Program-made: the position numbers and the translations under genes
Shown: in pieces, positions 1 to 13,047 of the stretch
How positions within the stretch are numbered: position 1 is the first letter of the stretch
Layout: the number at the start of each line of letters is the position of its first letter
The notes under the pieces: generated by a model
Seen by the model: the letters and a program-made list of their open reading frames with translations, nothing else
The model's database searches: none
Told to the model about the DNA's origin: nothing
NCBI RefSeq assembly: GCF_058153355.1
Contig: NZ_CM177019.1
Strand: one strand, 5' to 3'
Length of the DNA: 64,000 bases

Positions 1-143
1 CCGTAGCGCAGCAAAATGCCGCGTTCACCTTCATTAACGGTGTAATACGAGAGAAATGGCAGCACAACCACGGTAAGCACGCCAATGGCGATAGCAATAG
101 ATTTTTGTGGGCGAAATGAGGTTATTGAAACAGGTGCTTTCAT
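1..143 (-). CDS. SPFH/band-7 (HflC/HflK-like) membrane protein, N-terminal fragment; gene runs off the window start
   Basis: ATG at 141-143 on minus strand with AAGGAAG Shine-Dalgarno upstream; translation MKAPVSITSFRPQKSIAIAIGVLTVVVLPFLSYYTVNEGERGILLRY shows a TM helix followed by the YTVxEGERG motif typical of SPFH N-termini. Not in the ORF track because it is truncated. Confidence 0.45.
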   Translation of the reverse strand, partial: MKAPVSITSFRPQKSIAIAIGVLTVVVLPFLSYYTVNEGERGILLRY

Positions 144-517
144 GAGAATCTTCCTTGAGTAAAGTGTGGGAATATGTCACATGAGGTGAGGAGAAAACAG
201 CCAACAGGTGAGAATTCAGAATCTATAAAGGGGGAGAGCGAAAAACATCGGCTAAAAAAGTATGTTTTCGAACATTCAATAGATAAATAGAGATATGCAT
301 CACAAATACATAGGCAGATAAAACATTGGTTTTGTGATAAACATAACAAACACAAACTTGACTTTATAAGTATAAATTTCATGTTGTTGTTATTTAACAT
401 TTTATTATTTTGGTTCATGTTTTTTTTCTTCTCGCGTGCCAATTGCTTTCATTAAATCGCACGAGTATTTTATTTTTACCGCCGGACGGTACCCTAAAAA
501 TAAAATAAGGATAATTT
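144..517. promoter_or_regulatory. AT-rich divergent intergenic/promoter region upstream of cmtB
   Basis: Very AT-rich tract with homopolymer runs between two divergent gene starts; typical of nucleoid-protein-bound promoter DNA. The 100-aa ORF here (140..442 minus) is low-complexity. Confidence 0.4.
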
Positions 518-961
518 ATGCGGCTTATTGATTATTTTCCAGAATCATCAATCTCAGTTATACATTCAGCAAAAGACTGGCAGGAAGTTATCGATTTTTC
601 GATGGCATCATTGCTGGATAAAAACTATATCAGTGAGAATTACATTCAGGCTATTAAAGATTCCACCATTAACAATGGCCCTTATTATATTCTCGCACCA
701 GGCGTGGCAATGCCTCATGCGCGACCGGAATGTGGGGCGCTTAAAACCGGGATGTCTTTGACGTTACTTAAACAAGGCGTTTATTTTCCGGGGAATGACG
801 AACCGATTAAATTACTTATCGGTCTTTCTGCTGCCGATGCCGATTCGCACATTGGCGCTATTCAGGCGTTAAGTGAATTGCTGTGCGAAGAAGAAATACT
901 TGAACAACTCTTAACTGCAACATCAGAAAAACAATTAGCGGACATTATCAGCCGCGAATAA
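518..961 (+). CDS. cmtB: PTS mannitol-like enzyme IIA component
   Basis: 147-aa ORF; sequence recognised as CmtB (IIA-Mtl family); immediately followed by the IICB gene. Confidence 0.9.
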   Translation: MRLIDYFPESSISVIHSAKDWQEVIDFSMASLLDKNYISENYIQAIKDSTINNGPYYILAPGVAMPHARPECGALKTGMSLTLLKQGVYFPGNDEPIKLLIGLSAADADSHIGAIQALSELLCEEEILEQLLTATSEKQLADIISRE

Positions 962-988
962 TGACTCTCTCCTCTACAGGATAATATT

Positions 989-2377
989 ATGGAAAACAAG
1001 TCTGCTCGTGCAAAGGTCCAGGCTTTTGGGGGCTTTTTGACGGCAATGGTCATCCCCAATATTGGTGCTTTTATTGCCTGGGGTTTTATTACTGCATTAT
1101 TTATTCCTACTGGTTGGCTGCCTAACGAACATTTCGCCAAAATTGTCGGCCCGATGATTACCTATTTATTGCCCGTAATGATTGGTTCTACCGGTGGCCA
1201 TTTAGTCGGCGGTAAACGCGGCGCAGTCATGGGCGGAATAGGGACAATTGGTGTAATCGTCGGCGCAGAAATCCCGATGTTCCTTGGTTCAATGATCATG
1301 GGACCGTTAGGTGGGCTGGTCATAAAATATGTCGATAAGGCACTGGAAAAACGCATACCTGCTGGTTTTGAGATGGTTATCAATAACTTCTCATTAGGTA
1401 TCACCGGGATGCTCCTTTGTCTGCTGGGTTTTGAAGTTATCGGCCCGGCGGTGTTAATTGCCAATACTTTCGTCAAAGAGTGTATTGAGGCGCTGGTACA
1501 TGCGGGCTATCTGCCTTTGCTGTCAGTCATCAATGAACCGGCGAAAGTGCTTTTCCTCAATAACGCGATAGATCAGGGCGTCTATTACCCGTTGGGGATG
1601 CAACAGGCTTCAGTTAACGGTAAATCCATCTTCTTTATGGTGGCGTCCAACCCTGGGCCTGGCTTAGGACTGTTGCTGGCGTTTACTTTGTTTGGTAAAG
1701 GGATGAGTAAACGTTCTGCGCCCGGGGCGATGATTATTCACTTCCTCGGTGGGATCCACGAACTGTATTTCCCGTATGTGCTGATGAAGCCGCTGACCAT
1801 TATTGCCATGATTGCGGGCGGTATGTCTGGCACCTGGATGTTTAACTTACTGGACGGTGGTCTGGTGGCTGGCCCAAGTCCAGGCTCTATCTTTGCGTAC
1901 CTGGCACTGACGCCGAAAGGCTCATTCCTGGCGACAATTGCCGGTGTTACGGTAGGTACCCTGGTGTCCTTTGCTATCACTTCCGTAATACTGAAGATGG
2001 AAAAAACGGTGGAAACGGAGAGCGAAGATGAGTTTGTGCAGTCCGCCAATGCGGTTAAGGCGATGAAACAAGAAGGTACATTCTCGTTAAGCCGGGTTAA
2101 GCGTATCGCCTTTGTTTGCGATGCGGGAATGGGCTCCAGCGCGATGGGCGCAACCACCTTCCGTAAGCGCCTGGAAAAAGCGGGGCTGGCAATAGAAGTA
2201 AAACATTACGCGATAGAAAACGTGCCTGCGGATGTGGATATCGTCGTTACTCACGCTAGTCTGGAAGGGCGCGTGAAACGTGTGACGGATAAACCGCTGA
2301 TATTGATTAATAACTATATTGGCGATCCCAAACTCGACACTTTATTTAATCAATTAACCGCTGAACATAAAAACTGA
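989..2377 (+). CDS. cmtA: PTS mannitol-like enzyme IICB component
   Basis: 462-aa ORF with polytopic membrane N-terminus and C-terminal IIB domain; recognised as CmtA. Confidence 0.9.
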   Translation: MENKSARAKVQAFGGFLTAMVIPNIGAFIAWGFITALFIPTGWLPNEHFAKIVGPMITYLLPVMIGSTGGHLVGGKRGAVMGGIGTIGVIVGAEIPMFLGSMIMGPLGGLVIKYVDKALEKRIPAGFEMVINNFSLGITGMLLCLLGFEVIGPAVLIANTFVKECIEALVHAGYLPLLSVINEPAKVLFLNNAIDQGVYYPLGMQQASVNGKSIFFMVASNPGPGLGLLLAFTLFGKGMSKRSAPGAMIIHFLGGIHELYFPYVLMKPLTIIAMIAGGMSGTWMFNLLDGGLVAGPSPGSIFAYLALTPKGSFLATIAGVTVGTLVSFAITSVILKMEKTVETESEDEFVQSANAVKAMKQEGTFSLSRVKRIAFVCDAGMGSSAMGATTFRKRLEKAGLAIEVKHYAIENVPADVDIVVTHASLEGRVKRVTDKPLILINNYIGDPKLDTLFNQLTAEHKN

Positions 2378-2391
2378 TTGCCGAGGTAAAA

Positions 2392-3669
2392 ATGAAAACC
2401 AAAGTTGCTGCTATTTATGGCAAGCGGGATGTCCGTCTGCGCGAATTTGAACTGCCCGAAATTACCGATAATGAACTGCTGGTGAGTGTAATTTCTGACA
2501 GCGTGTGTTTATCGACCTGGAAAGCGGCGTTACTCGGTAGCGAACATAAACGGGTGCCCGACGATTTAGAAAATCATCCGGTCATTACCGGACATGAATG
2601 TGCCGGGATTATTGTTGAAGTGGGGAAAAATCTCACCGACAAATATAAAAAAGGCCAACGTTTTGTATTGCAACCGGCGATGGGGCTACCAAGCGGATAT
2701 TCAGCGGGATACAGCTACGAATATTTTGGCGGTAATGCTACCTATATGATTATTCCAGAGGTAGCCATTAATTTGGGCTGCGTATTACCGTATCACGGAT
2801 CTTATTTTGCTGCGGCGTCGCTGGCAGAGCCTATGTGCTGCATTATTGGCGCTTATCATGCCAATTATCACACCACGCAATATGTTTATGAGCATCGCAT
2901 GGGCGTCAAACCTGGCGGCAATATTGCGCTGCTGGCGTGTGCGGGCCCGATGGGGATAGGCGCTATCGATTACGCTATTCACGGCGGCATACAACCGTCG
3001 CGGGTAGTGGTGGTCGATATCGACGAAAAACGCCTGGCACAGGTGCAGAAGCTGCTGCCGGTGGAGCTGGCGGCCAGCAAAGGCATTGAGCTGATATATG
3101 TGAATACCAAAGGAATGAGCGACCCAGTCCAGAGGCTGCGGGCGCTGACAGGAGATGCCGGATTCGATGACATTTTTGTTTATGCGGCGGTGCCTGCTGT
3201 CGTTGAGATGGCTGACGAATTACTGGCGGAAGATGGCTGCCTGAACTTCTTTGCCGGGCCGACGGATAAAAACTTCAAAGTGCCGTTTAATTTCTACAAC
3301 GTCCATTACAACAGCACGCACGTTGTCGGTACATCCGGTGGTTCAACGGACGATATGAAAGAGGCGATTGCCCTGAGCGCCACGGGGCAGTTGCAACCGT
3401 CGTTTATGGTGACGCATATCGGTGGCCTGGATGCAGTGCCAGAAACCGTTCTCAATTTACCGGATATCCCCGGTGGTAAAAAACTCATTTACAACGGCGT
3501 TACCATGCCGCTCACCGCCATTGCCGATTTTGCCGAAAAAGGCAAAACCGATCCGCTGTTTAAAGAGCTTGCGCGGCTGGTTGAGGAAACGCACGGCATC
3601 TGGAATGAACAGGCCGAGAAATATCTGCTGGCGCAATTTGGCGTTGATATCGGGGAGGCCGCGCAATGA
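2392..3669 (+). CDS. yggP: zinc-type alcohol dehydrogenase-like protein
   Basis: 425-aa ORF, GHE-C-x-G and Rossmann GxGxxG motifs; K-12 YggP length. Confidence 0.85.
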   Translation: MKTKVAAIYGKRDVRLREFELPEITDNELLVSVISDSVCLSTWKAALLGSEHKRVPDDLENHPVITGHECAGIIVEVGKNLTDKYKKGQRFVLQPAMGLPSGYSAGYSYEYFGGNATYMIIPEVAINLGCVLPYHGSYFAAASLAEPMCCIIGAYHANYHTTQYVYEHRMGVKPGGNIALLACAGPMGIGAIDYAIHGGIQPSRVVVVDIDEKRLAQVQKLLPVELAASKGIELIYVNTKGMSDPVQRLRALTGDAGFDDIFVYAAVPAVVEMADELLAEDGCLNFFAGPTDKNFKVPFNFYNVHYNSTHVVGTSGGSTDDMKEAIALSATGQLQPSFMVTHIGGLDAVPETVLNLPDIPGGKKLIYNGVTMPLTAIADFAEKGKTDPLFKELARLVEETHGIWNEQAEKYLLAQFGVDIGEAAQ

Positions 3670-4631
3670 TGTCCCTGGCGTGGCCATTATTTCGCGTTAC
3701 GGAGCAGGCAGCGTTGGCTGCCTGGCCGCAAACCGGATGTGGCAACAAAAATAAAATTGATGGCCTGGCGGTCACCGCGATGCGCCAGGCATTAAACGAT
3801 GTCGCTTTTCGTGGGCGAGTGGTCATCGGCGAGGGAGAAATTGACCATGCGCCGATGCTGTGGATTGGCGAAGAGGTGGGCAAAGGCGATGGGCCAGAAG
3901 TCGATATCGCGGTTGATCCCATTGAAGGTACGCGGATGGTGGCGATGGGGCAGAGCAATGCGCTGGCGGTCATGGCTTTCGCCCCTCGAGATAGCCTGTT
4001 ACACGCGCCCGATATGTATATGAAAAAACTGGTTGTTAATCGGCTGGCGGCGGGCGCGATTGATCTGTCTTTGCCTCTGGCGGACAACTTGCGCAACGTG
4101 GCGAAAGCGTTAGGCAAACCGCTGGACAAGCTGCGTATGGTTACGCTGGATAAACCGCGCCTGAGTGCCGCAATTGAGGAAGCGACGCAACTGGGCGTGA
4201 AGGTTTTTGCCCTGCCGGATGGCGATGTCGCCGCCAGCGTGCTGACCTGCTGGCAGGATAATCCTTACGATGTGATGTACACCATCGGCGGTGCGCCAGA
4301 AGGTGTGATTTCTGCCTGTGCCGTTAAAGCATTAGGCGGGGATATGCAGGCCGAGCTGATTGACTTTTGTCAGGCCAAAGGGGATTACACGGAAAATCGG
4401 CAGATTGCAGAGCAGGAACGCCAGCGTTGCAAGGCAATGGGCGTTGACGTTAACCGTGTGTACTCGCTCGATGAACTGGTGAGGGGGAACGATATCCTCT
4501 TTAGCGCTACGGGCGTGACGGGCGGTGAGTTGGTGAACGGTATCCAACAGACGGCGAATGGGGTGCGGACGCAGACATTACTGATCGGCGGCGCGGACCA
4601 AACGTGTAATATAATAGACTCCCTGCATTGA
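3666..4631 (+). CDS. yggF: fructose-1,6-bisphosphatase class II (GlpX paralogue)
   Basis: 321-aa ORF overlapping yggP stop by 4 bp; GlpX-like sequence. Confidence 0.85.
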   Translation: MMSLAWPLFRVTEQAALAAWPQTGCGNKNKIDGLAVTAMRQALNDVAFRGRVVIGEGEIDHAPMLWIGEEVGKGDGPEVDIAVDPIEGTRMVAMGQSNALAVMAFAPRDSLLHAPDMYMKKLVVNRLAAGAIDLSLPLADNLRNVAKALGKPLDKLRMVTLDKPRLSAAIEEATQLGVKVFALPDGDVAASVLTCWQDNPYDVMYTIGGAPEGVISACAVKALGGDMQAELIDFCQAKGDYTENRQIAEQERQRCKAMGVDVNRVYSLDELVRGNDILFSATGVTGGELVNGIQQTANGVRTQTLLIGGADQTCNIIDSLH

Positions 4632-4652
4632 TGGTGATCTATCGGAAGACCA

Positions 4653-5162
4653 ATGGCGACGCTGACAGAAGATGATGTGCTTGAGCAACTGGATGCACAG
4701 GACAATTTATTTTCATTTATGAAAACTGCGCATTCTATTTTGCTCCAGGGGATACGCCAGTTTCTGCCGTCGCTGTTTGTCGATAACGATGAAGAGATCG
4801 TGGAATATGCAGTGAAGCCGTTACTCGCTCAAAGCGGCCCGCTTGACGATATTGATGTTGCGCTACGTTTGATTTTTGCACTGGGGAAAATGGACAAATG
4901 GCTGTACGCCGATATCACGCACTTTTCCCAGTTCTGGCATTACCTGAATGAACAGGATGAAACGCCCGGATTTGCCGATGACATGACCTGGGATTTTATC
5001 AGCAACGTCAATAGTATAACCCGCAATGCGACGCTCTATGACGCGTTGAAAGCGATGAAGTTCGCCGATTTCGCCGTCTGGTCAGAGGTGCGTTTTAGTG
5101 GGATGGTCAAAACGGCGCTGACGCTGGCAGTAACGACCACCTTAAAGGAATTAACGCCGTGA
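4653..5162 (+). CDS. yggD: MtlR-like transcriptional regulator
   Basis: 169-aa ORF; recognised as YggD. Confidence 0.8.
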   Translation: MATLTEDDVLEQLDAQDNLFSFMKTAHSILLQGIRQFLPSLFVDNDEEIVEYAVKPLLAQSGPLDDIDVALRLIFALGKMDKWLYADITHFSQFWHYLNEQDETPGFADDMTWDFISNVNSITRNATLYDALKAMKFADFAVWSEVRFSGMVKTALTLAVTTTLKELTP

Positions 5163-5872
5163 AAATCGAACTGACGGTGAATGGATTGAAGGTACAGGCG
5201 CAGTACCCGAACGAAGAGATTGAAAATGTGCATAAACCGTTGCTGCGTATGCTGGCAGCCTTACAGACGGTAAATCCGCAGCGGCGTACCGTGGTTTTTC
5301 TTTGCGCTCCGCCGGGGACGGGTAAATCTACCCTAACCACCTTCTGGGAATATCTCGCGCAACAAGACCCGGAACTACCCGCTATTCAGACGCTGCCGAT
5401 GGATGGTTTTCATCATTACAATAGCTGGCTGGATGCGCATCAATTGCGCCCCTTCAAAGGCGCACCAGAGACATTTGACGTTGCGAAACTGGCGGAAAAT
5501 CTGCGCCAGGTAATGGAAGGGGATTGTACGTGGCCGCAGTACGATCGACAAAAGCATGATCCTGTTGAAGATGCGTTGCACGTTACCGCACCACTCGTCA
5601 TCGTCGAAGGAAACTGGTTGTTGCTGGACGACGAGAAGTGGCGGGCGTTGGCATCGTTCTGCGATTTTTCTGTTTTTATTCATGCCCCCGTTCATATTCT
5701 GCGGGAACGCTTGATTAGTCGTAAAATTGCGGGGGGATTATCGCGGGATGAAGCCGAAGCTTTTTATGCCCGAACCGATGGTCCCAATGTCGAGCGTGTG
5801 CTGCTGAATAGTTGTCAGGCCAATCTGATATTAGAGATGACGGAAGAAGGCAGGTATCACTTCATAAGCTGA
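5159..5872 (+). CDS. yggC: P-loop nucleoside/pantothenate kinase-like protein
   Basis: 237-aa ORF with Walker A motif GTGKST; overlaps yggD stop by 4 bp. Confidence 0.8.
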   Translation: MKIELTVNGLKVQAQYPNEEIENVHKPLLRMLAALQTVNPQRRTVVFLCAPPGTGKSTLTTFWEYLAQQDPELPAIQTLPMDGFHHYNSWLDAHQLRPFKGAPETFDVAKLAENLRQVMEGDCTWPQYDRQKHDPVEDALHVTAPLVIVEGNWLLLDDEKWRALASFCDFSVFIHAPVHILRERLISRKIAGGLSRDEAEAFYARTDGPNVERVLLNSCQANLILEMTEEGRYHFIS

Positions 5873-6156
5873 CAATTTATTCCAGTTATTGCGTGGTTAT
5901 TATTACGCCAGTCTGGAATAAAGCCTCCTGCAAGAAGGGAAGAAAGTGTGATGCAAGTCAGATAATTGTCTTCTTTGACTGGACAATCATTCCTTTTATT
6001 CCACGTTTCGCTTATCCTAGCTGAAGCGTTTCAGTCGATTAAATGTTCGACAATTAACCAATCAGTCGCAGTTTGCGACAGGTAAGGTTTCCCCGGACGA
6101 TTTGCTGGATTACTCTGTCTGGCAAATTTGCTCAGGGAAAACCTTGCAGGAGATCT

Positions 6157-7176
6157 ATGACCGTACGCGTAGCGATAAATGGCTTCGGTCGCATCGGGCG
6201 TAATGTGGTTCGTGCTTTGTATGAATCCGGACGCCGGGCGGAAATTACCGTGGTGGCAATCAACGAACTGGCGGATGCTGCCGGCATGGCGCATTTGTTG
6301 AAATATGACACCAGTCATGGCCGTTTTGCATGGGAAGTACGACAGGAACGCGATCAACTTTTTGTTGGTGATGACGCCATCCGCGTATTGCACGAACGTT
6401 CACTGCAATCGCTCCCATGGCGTGAACTTGGCGTCGATGTGGTTCTCGACTGCACCGGCGTATATGGCTCCCGCGAGCATGGCGAAGCGCATATTGCCGC
6501 CGGGGCTAAAAAAGTGCTCTTTTCACATCCTGGCAGTAACGATCTCGATGCGACCGTGGTTTACGGCGTCAATCAGGATCAACTTCGTGCGGAACACCGC
6601 ATCGTTTCTAACGCTTCCTGTACCACGAATTGCATAATTCCCGTCATCAAATTGTTAGATGATGCGTACGGTATTGAGTCCGGCACTGTGACCACAATTC
6701 ACTCCGCCATGCACGATCAACAGGTTATTGATGCATATCATCCTGACCTGCGTCGCACCCGGGCAGCCAGCCAGTCGATCATTCCAGTCGATACTAAACT
6801 GGCCGCCGGTATCACACGATTTTTTCCGCAATTTAACGATCGCTTTGAAGCAATTGCGGTGCGTGTACCAACCATAAATGTGACGGCAATCGATTTAAGC
6901 GTGACGGTGAAGAAACCTGTAAAAGCCAATGAAGTCAACCTGTTGCTGCAAAAAGCAGCACAAGGTGCATTTCATGGTATAGTTGACTATACGGAATTGC
7001 CGTTGGTCTCTGTAGATTTTAACCACGATCCGCACAGTGCCATTGTCGATGGCACCCAAACCCGGGTCAGTGGCGCACACCTGATCAAAACGTTGGTCTG
7101 GTGCGATAACGAATGGGGCTTTGCTAACCGAATGCTCGACACGACGTTAGCTATGGCTACTGTTGCTTTCAGGTAA
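6157..7176 (+). CDS. epd: D-erythrose-4-phosphate dehydrogenase
   Basis: Start set at ATG 6157 ([15 protein letters not shown]); 339 aa; GAPDH-family with SCTTNC active-site motif. Confidence 0.92.
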
Positions 7177-7225
7177 GACGCAAGCAGCGTCTGCAAAACT
7201 TTTAGAATCAACGAGAGGATTCACC

Positions 7226-8389
7226 ATGTCTGTAATTAAGATGACCGATCTGGATCTTGCTGGGAAACGTGTATTTATCCGTGCGGATCTGAACGTACCA
7301 GTAAAAGACGGGAAAGTAACCAGCGATGCGCGTATCCGTGCTTCTCTGCCGACCATCGAACTGGCCCTGAAACAAGGCGCAAAAGTGATGGTAACTTCCC
7401 ACCTGGGTCGTCCTACCGAAGGCGAGTACAACGAAGAATTCTCTCTGCTGCCGGTTGTTAACTACCTGAAAGACAAACTGTCTAACCCGGTTCGTCTGGT
7501 TAAAGATTACCTCGACGGCGTTGACGTTGCTGAAGGTGAACTGGTTGTTCTGGAAAACGTTCGCTTCAACAAAGGCGAGAAGAAAGACGACGAAACCCTG
7601 TCCAAAAAATATGCTGCACTGTGTGACGTGTTCGTAATGGACGCATTCGGTACTGCTCACCGCGCGCAGGCTTCTACTCACGGTATCGGTAAATTCGCTG
7701 ATGTTGCGTGCGCAGGCCCGCTGCTGGCAGCTGAACTGGACGCGCTGGGTAAAGCACTGAAAGAACCTGCTCGCCCGATGGTGGCTATCGTTGGTGGTTC
7801 TAAAGTATCTACCAAACTGACCGTTCTGGATTCCCTGTCCAAAATCGCTGACCAGCTGATCGTGGGTGGTGGTATCGCTAACACCTTTATCGCGGCACAA
7901 GGCCACGATGTGGGTAAATCCCTGTACGAAGCTGACCTGGTTGACGAAGCAAAACGTCTGCTGACCACCTGCAACATTCCGGTTCCGTCTGACGTTCGCG
8001 TAGCAACTGAGTTCTCTGAAACTGCACCGGCTACCCTGAAATCTGTTAACGATGTGAAAGCTGACGAGCAGATCCTGGATATCGGCGATGCTTCTGCGCA
8101 GGAACTGGCTGAAATCCTGAAGAATGCGAAAACCATTCTGTGGAACGGCCCGGTTGGCGTGTTCGAATTCCCGAACTTCCGCAAAGGTACTGAAATCGTG
8201 GCTAACGCTATCGCAGACAGCGAAGCGTTCTCCATCGCTGGTGGCGGTGACACTCTGGCAGCAATCGACCTGTTCGGCATTGCTGACAAAATCTCCTACA
8301 TCTCCACTGGCGGCGGCGCATTCCTCGAATTCGTGGAAGGTAAAGTACTGCCTGCAGTAGCGATGCTCGAAGAGCGCGCTAAGAAGTAA
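7226..8389 (+). CDS. pgk: phosphoglycerate kinase
   Basis: Start at ATG 7226 ([16 protein letters not shown]); 387 aa; canonical Pgk sequence. Confidence 0.95.
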
Positions 8390-8452
8390 AAAATCACAGG
8401 GCAGGGAAACCTGCCCTTGTTGCAGCGCGCTTTTAGAGCACGCATTTTTTCA

Positions 8453-8577
8453 TACTCTAAATAATTCGAGTTGCAGGAAGGCGACAAGAGAGTGAATCCC
8501 CAGGAGCTTACATAAGTAAGTGACTGGGGTGAGCGAACGCAGACGCAGCACATGCAACTTGAAGTATGACGAGTATA
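8453..8577. repeat. ERIC (enterobacterial repetitive intergenic consensus) element, copy 1
   Basis: About 125 bp in the pgk-fbaA intergenic region containing GTGAATCCCCAGGAGCTTACATAAGTAAGTGACTGGGGTGAGCG; near-identical inverted copy at 21763-21887. Confidence 0.85.
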
Positions 8578-8603
8578 AGGCCCGACGATACAGGACAAGA
8601 GAC

Positions 8604-9683
8604 ATGTCTAAGATTTTTGATTTCGTAAAACCTGGCGTAATCACTGGTGATGACGTACAGAAAGTTTTCCAGGTAGCAAAAGAAAACAACTTCGCACTGC
8701 CAGCAGTAAACTGCGTCGGTACTGACTCCATCAACGCCGTACTGGAAACCGCTGCTAAAGTTAAAGCGCCGGTTATCGTTCAGTTCTCCAACGGTGGTGC
8801 TTCCTTTATCGCTGGTAAAGGCGTGAAATCTGACGTTCCGCAGGGTGCTGCTATCCTGGGTGCGATCTCTGGTGCGCATCACGTTCACCAGATGGCTGAA
8901 CACTATGGTGTTCCAGTTATCCTGCACACCGACCACTGCGCGAAAAAACTGCTGCCGTGGATCGACGGTCTGCTGGACGCGGGTGAAAAACACTTCGCAG
9001 CTACCGGTAAGCCGCTGTTCTCTTCTCACATGATCGACCTGTCTGAAGAATCTCTGCAAGAGAACATCGAAATCTGCTCTAAATACCTGGAGCGTATGTC
9101 CAAAATCGGCATGACTCTGGAAATCGAACTGGGTTGCACCGGTGGTGAAGAAGACGGCGTGGACAACAGCCACATGGACGCTTCTGCACTGTACACCCAG
9201 CCGGAAGACGTTGATTACGCATACACCGAGCTGAGCAAAATCAGCCCGCGCTTCACCATCGCAGCGTCCTTCGGTAACGTACACGGCGTATACAAGCCGG
9301 GTAACGTTGTTCTGACTCCGACCATCCTGCGTGACTCTCAGGAATATGTTTCTAAGAAACACAACCTGCCGCACAACAGCCTGAACTTCGTATTCCACGG
9401 CGGTTCCGGTTCTACTGCTCAGGAAATCAAAGACTCCGTAAGCTACGGCGTAGTGAAAATGAACATCGATACCGATACCCAATGGGCAACCTGGGAAGGT
9501 GTTCTGAACTACTACAAAGCGAACGAAGCTTATCTGCAGGGTCAGTTGGGCAACCCGAAAGGCGAAGATCAGCCGAACAAGAAATACTACGATCCGCGCG
9601 TATGGCTGCGTGCCGGTCAGACTTCGATGATCGCTCGTCTGGAAAAAGCATTCCAGGAACTGAACGCGATCGACGTTCTGTAA
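8604..9683 (+). CDS. fbaA: fructose-bisphosphate aldolase class II
   Basis: Start at ATG 8604 (MSKIFDFVKPGV); 359 aa; the longer ORF-track start at 8520 lies inside the ERIC repeat. Confidence 0.95.
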   Translation: MSKIFDFVKPGVITGDDVQKVFQVAKENNFALPAVNCVGTDSINAVLETAAKVKAPVIVQFSNGGASFIAGKGVKSDVPQGAAILGAISGAHHVHQMAEHYGVPVILHTDHCAKKLLPWIDGLLDAGEKHFAATGKPLFSSHMIDLSEESLQENIEICSKYLERMSKIGMTLEIELGCTGGEEDGVDNSHMDASALYTQPEDVDYAYTELSKISPRFTIAASFGNVHGVYKPGNVVLTPTILRDSQEYVSKKHNLPHNSLNFVFHGGSGSTAQEIKDSVSYGVVKMNIDTDTQWATWEGVLNYYKANEAYLQGQLGNPKGEDQPNKKYYDPRVWLRAGQTSMIARLEKAFQELNAIDVL

Positions 9684-9705
9684 GATATTCCTTTCTGCTT
9701 ATCTC

Positions 9706-9731
9706 AAGGCCCGCTCTGCGGGTCTTTTTTT
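9706..9731 (+). terminator. fbaA intrinsic terminator
   Basis: GC hairpin GGCCCGCTCTGCGGGTC followed by a T-run. Confidence 0.7.
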
Positions 9732-9747
9732 CGCCAAAAGAAAAAAT

Positions 9748-10996
<1,249 letters not shown>

Positions 10997-11026
10997 CATG
11001 CCTGCAATCTGGGAAACCGGGGTAGA

Positions 11027-11060
<34 letters not shown>

Positions 11061-11153
11061 ATCCTGCAATATATTGAATTTAAAGGCTTTTGTAGGTCTG
11101 GTAAGGCGTTAAAGCCGCATCCAGTATGACAAATCGCACATTGCTATCTGTCT

Positions 11154-11180
11154 GAGGCCCGCTCTGCGGATCTTTTTTCA
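11154..11180 (+). terminator. terminator-like hairpin plus T-run upstream of mscS (paralogous to the fbaA terminator)
   Basis: GAGGCCCGCTCTGCGGATCTTTTTT, near-repeat of 9706-9731. Confidence 0.45.
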
Positions 11181-11320
11181 CCAAAAGCAAGGTGATGCAG
11201 ATGAGAAATCTGTGATCTATTTGGCAAAATTATGCTTTATTGTTTACCCTTGTCAGACTGCCCGTCATAAGGCGGCGGAGTGTATTTCTCCATTTTGAGT
11301 CAGTTGAAAAGGAATATTGA

Positions 11321-12181
<861 letters not shown>

Positions 12182-12319
12182 TCAACGCTGAGGCCAGATA
12201 ATACTCTCTGGCCTCTCTCTTATTAGTTTTTCTGATTGCCAATTAATATTATCAATTTCCGCTAATAACAATACCGCGATATAGTCTCTTCATCAGATAC
12301 TTACTTCGGAATATCCAAC

Positions 12320-12955
12320 GTGTTTTCTTATTACTTTCAAGGTCTTGCACTTGGGGCGGCTATGATCCTACCGCTCGGTCCACAAAATGCTTTTGTGATG
12401 AATCAGGGCATACGTCGTCAGTACCACATTATGATTGCCTTACTTTGTGCTATCAGCGATTTGGTCCTGATTTGCGCCGGGATTTTTGGTGGCAGTGCGT
12501 TATTGATGCAGTCGCCGTGGTTGCTTGCGCTGGTCACCTGGGGCGGCGTAGCCTTCTTGCTGTGGTATGGTTTTGGCGCTTTTAAAACCGCAATGAGCAG
12601 TAATATTGAGTTAGCCAGTGCCGAAGTCCTGAAGCAAGGAAGATGGAAAATTATCGCCACCATGCTGGCAGTGACCTGGCTGAATCCGCATGTTTACCTG
12701 GATACTTTTGTGGTGCTGGGTAGCCTTGGTGGGCAGCTTGATGTTGAACCAAAACGTTGGTTTGCGCTCGGGACAATTAGCGCCTCTTTCCTCTGGTTCT
12801 TTGGTCTGGCTCTTCTCGCTGCCTGGCTGGCACCGGGTCTGCGTACGGCAAAAGCACAGCGCATTATCAATCTGGTAGTGGGATGTGTTATGTGGTTTAT
12901 TGCCTTGCAGCTGGCGAGAGACGGTATTGTTCATGCACAAGCCTTGTTCAGTTAG
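12320..12955 (+). CDS. argO: arginine exporter (LysE family)
   Basis: 211-aa ORF with GTG start; LysE-type membrane protein. Confidence 0.88.
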   Translation: MFSYYFQGLALGAAMILPLGPQNAFVMNQGIRRQYHIMIALLCAISDLVLICAGIFGGSALLMQSPWLLALVTWGGVAFLLWYGFGAFKTAMSSNIELASAEVLKQGRWKIIATMLAVTWLNPHVYLDTFVVLGSLGGQLDVEPKRWFALGTISASFLWFFGLALLAAWLAPGLRTAKAQRIINLVVGCVMWFIALQLARDGIVHAQALFS

Positions 12956-13047
12956 GCGCTATCTGATGGAAAAATAAAACAGAGGCGCTAAGCTTGCCTC
13001 CAGAGGTCCTGAATTTTGGGCAAGTCAATTAACACGGAGAGACTAAC

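Noticed and set aside
140-442. 100-aa minus-strand ORF in the region upstream of cmtB
   Set aside because: Low-complexity, asparagine/lysine-rich translation of AT-rich promoter DNA; no credible ribosome-binding site; overlaps the SPFH gene start in another frame.
8508-9482. 324-aa ORF antisense to fbaA, 7208..7906 antisense to pgk, 26690..27475 antisense to pepP, 18489..19133 antisense to scpA
   Set aside because: All are opposite-strand frames within recognised genes with unbiased-looking composition.
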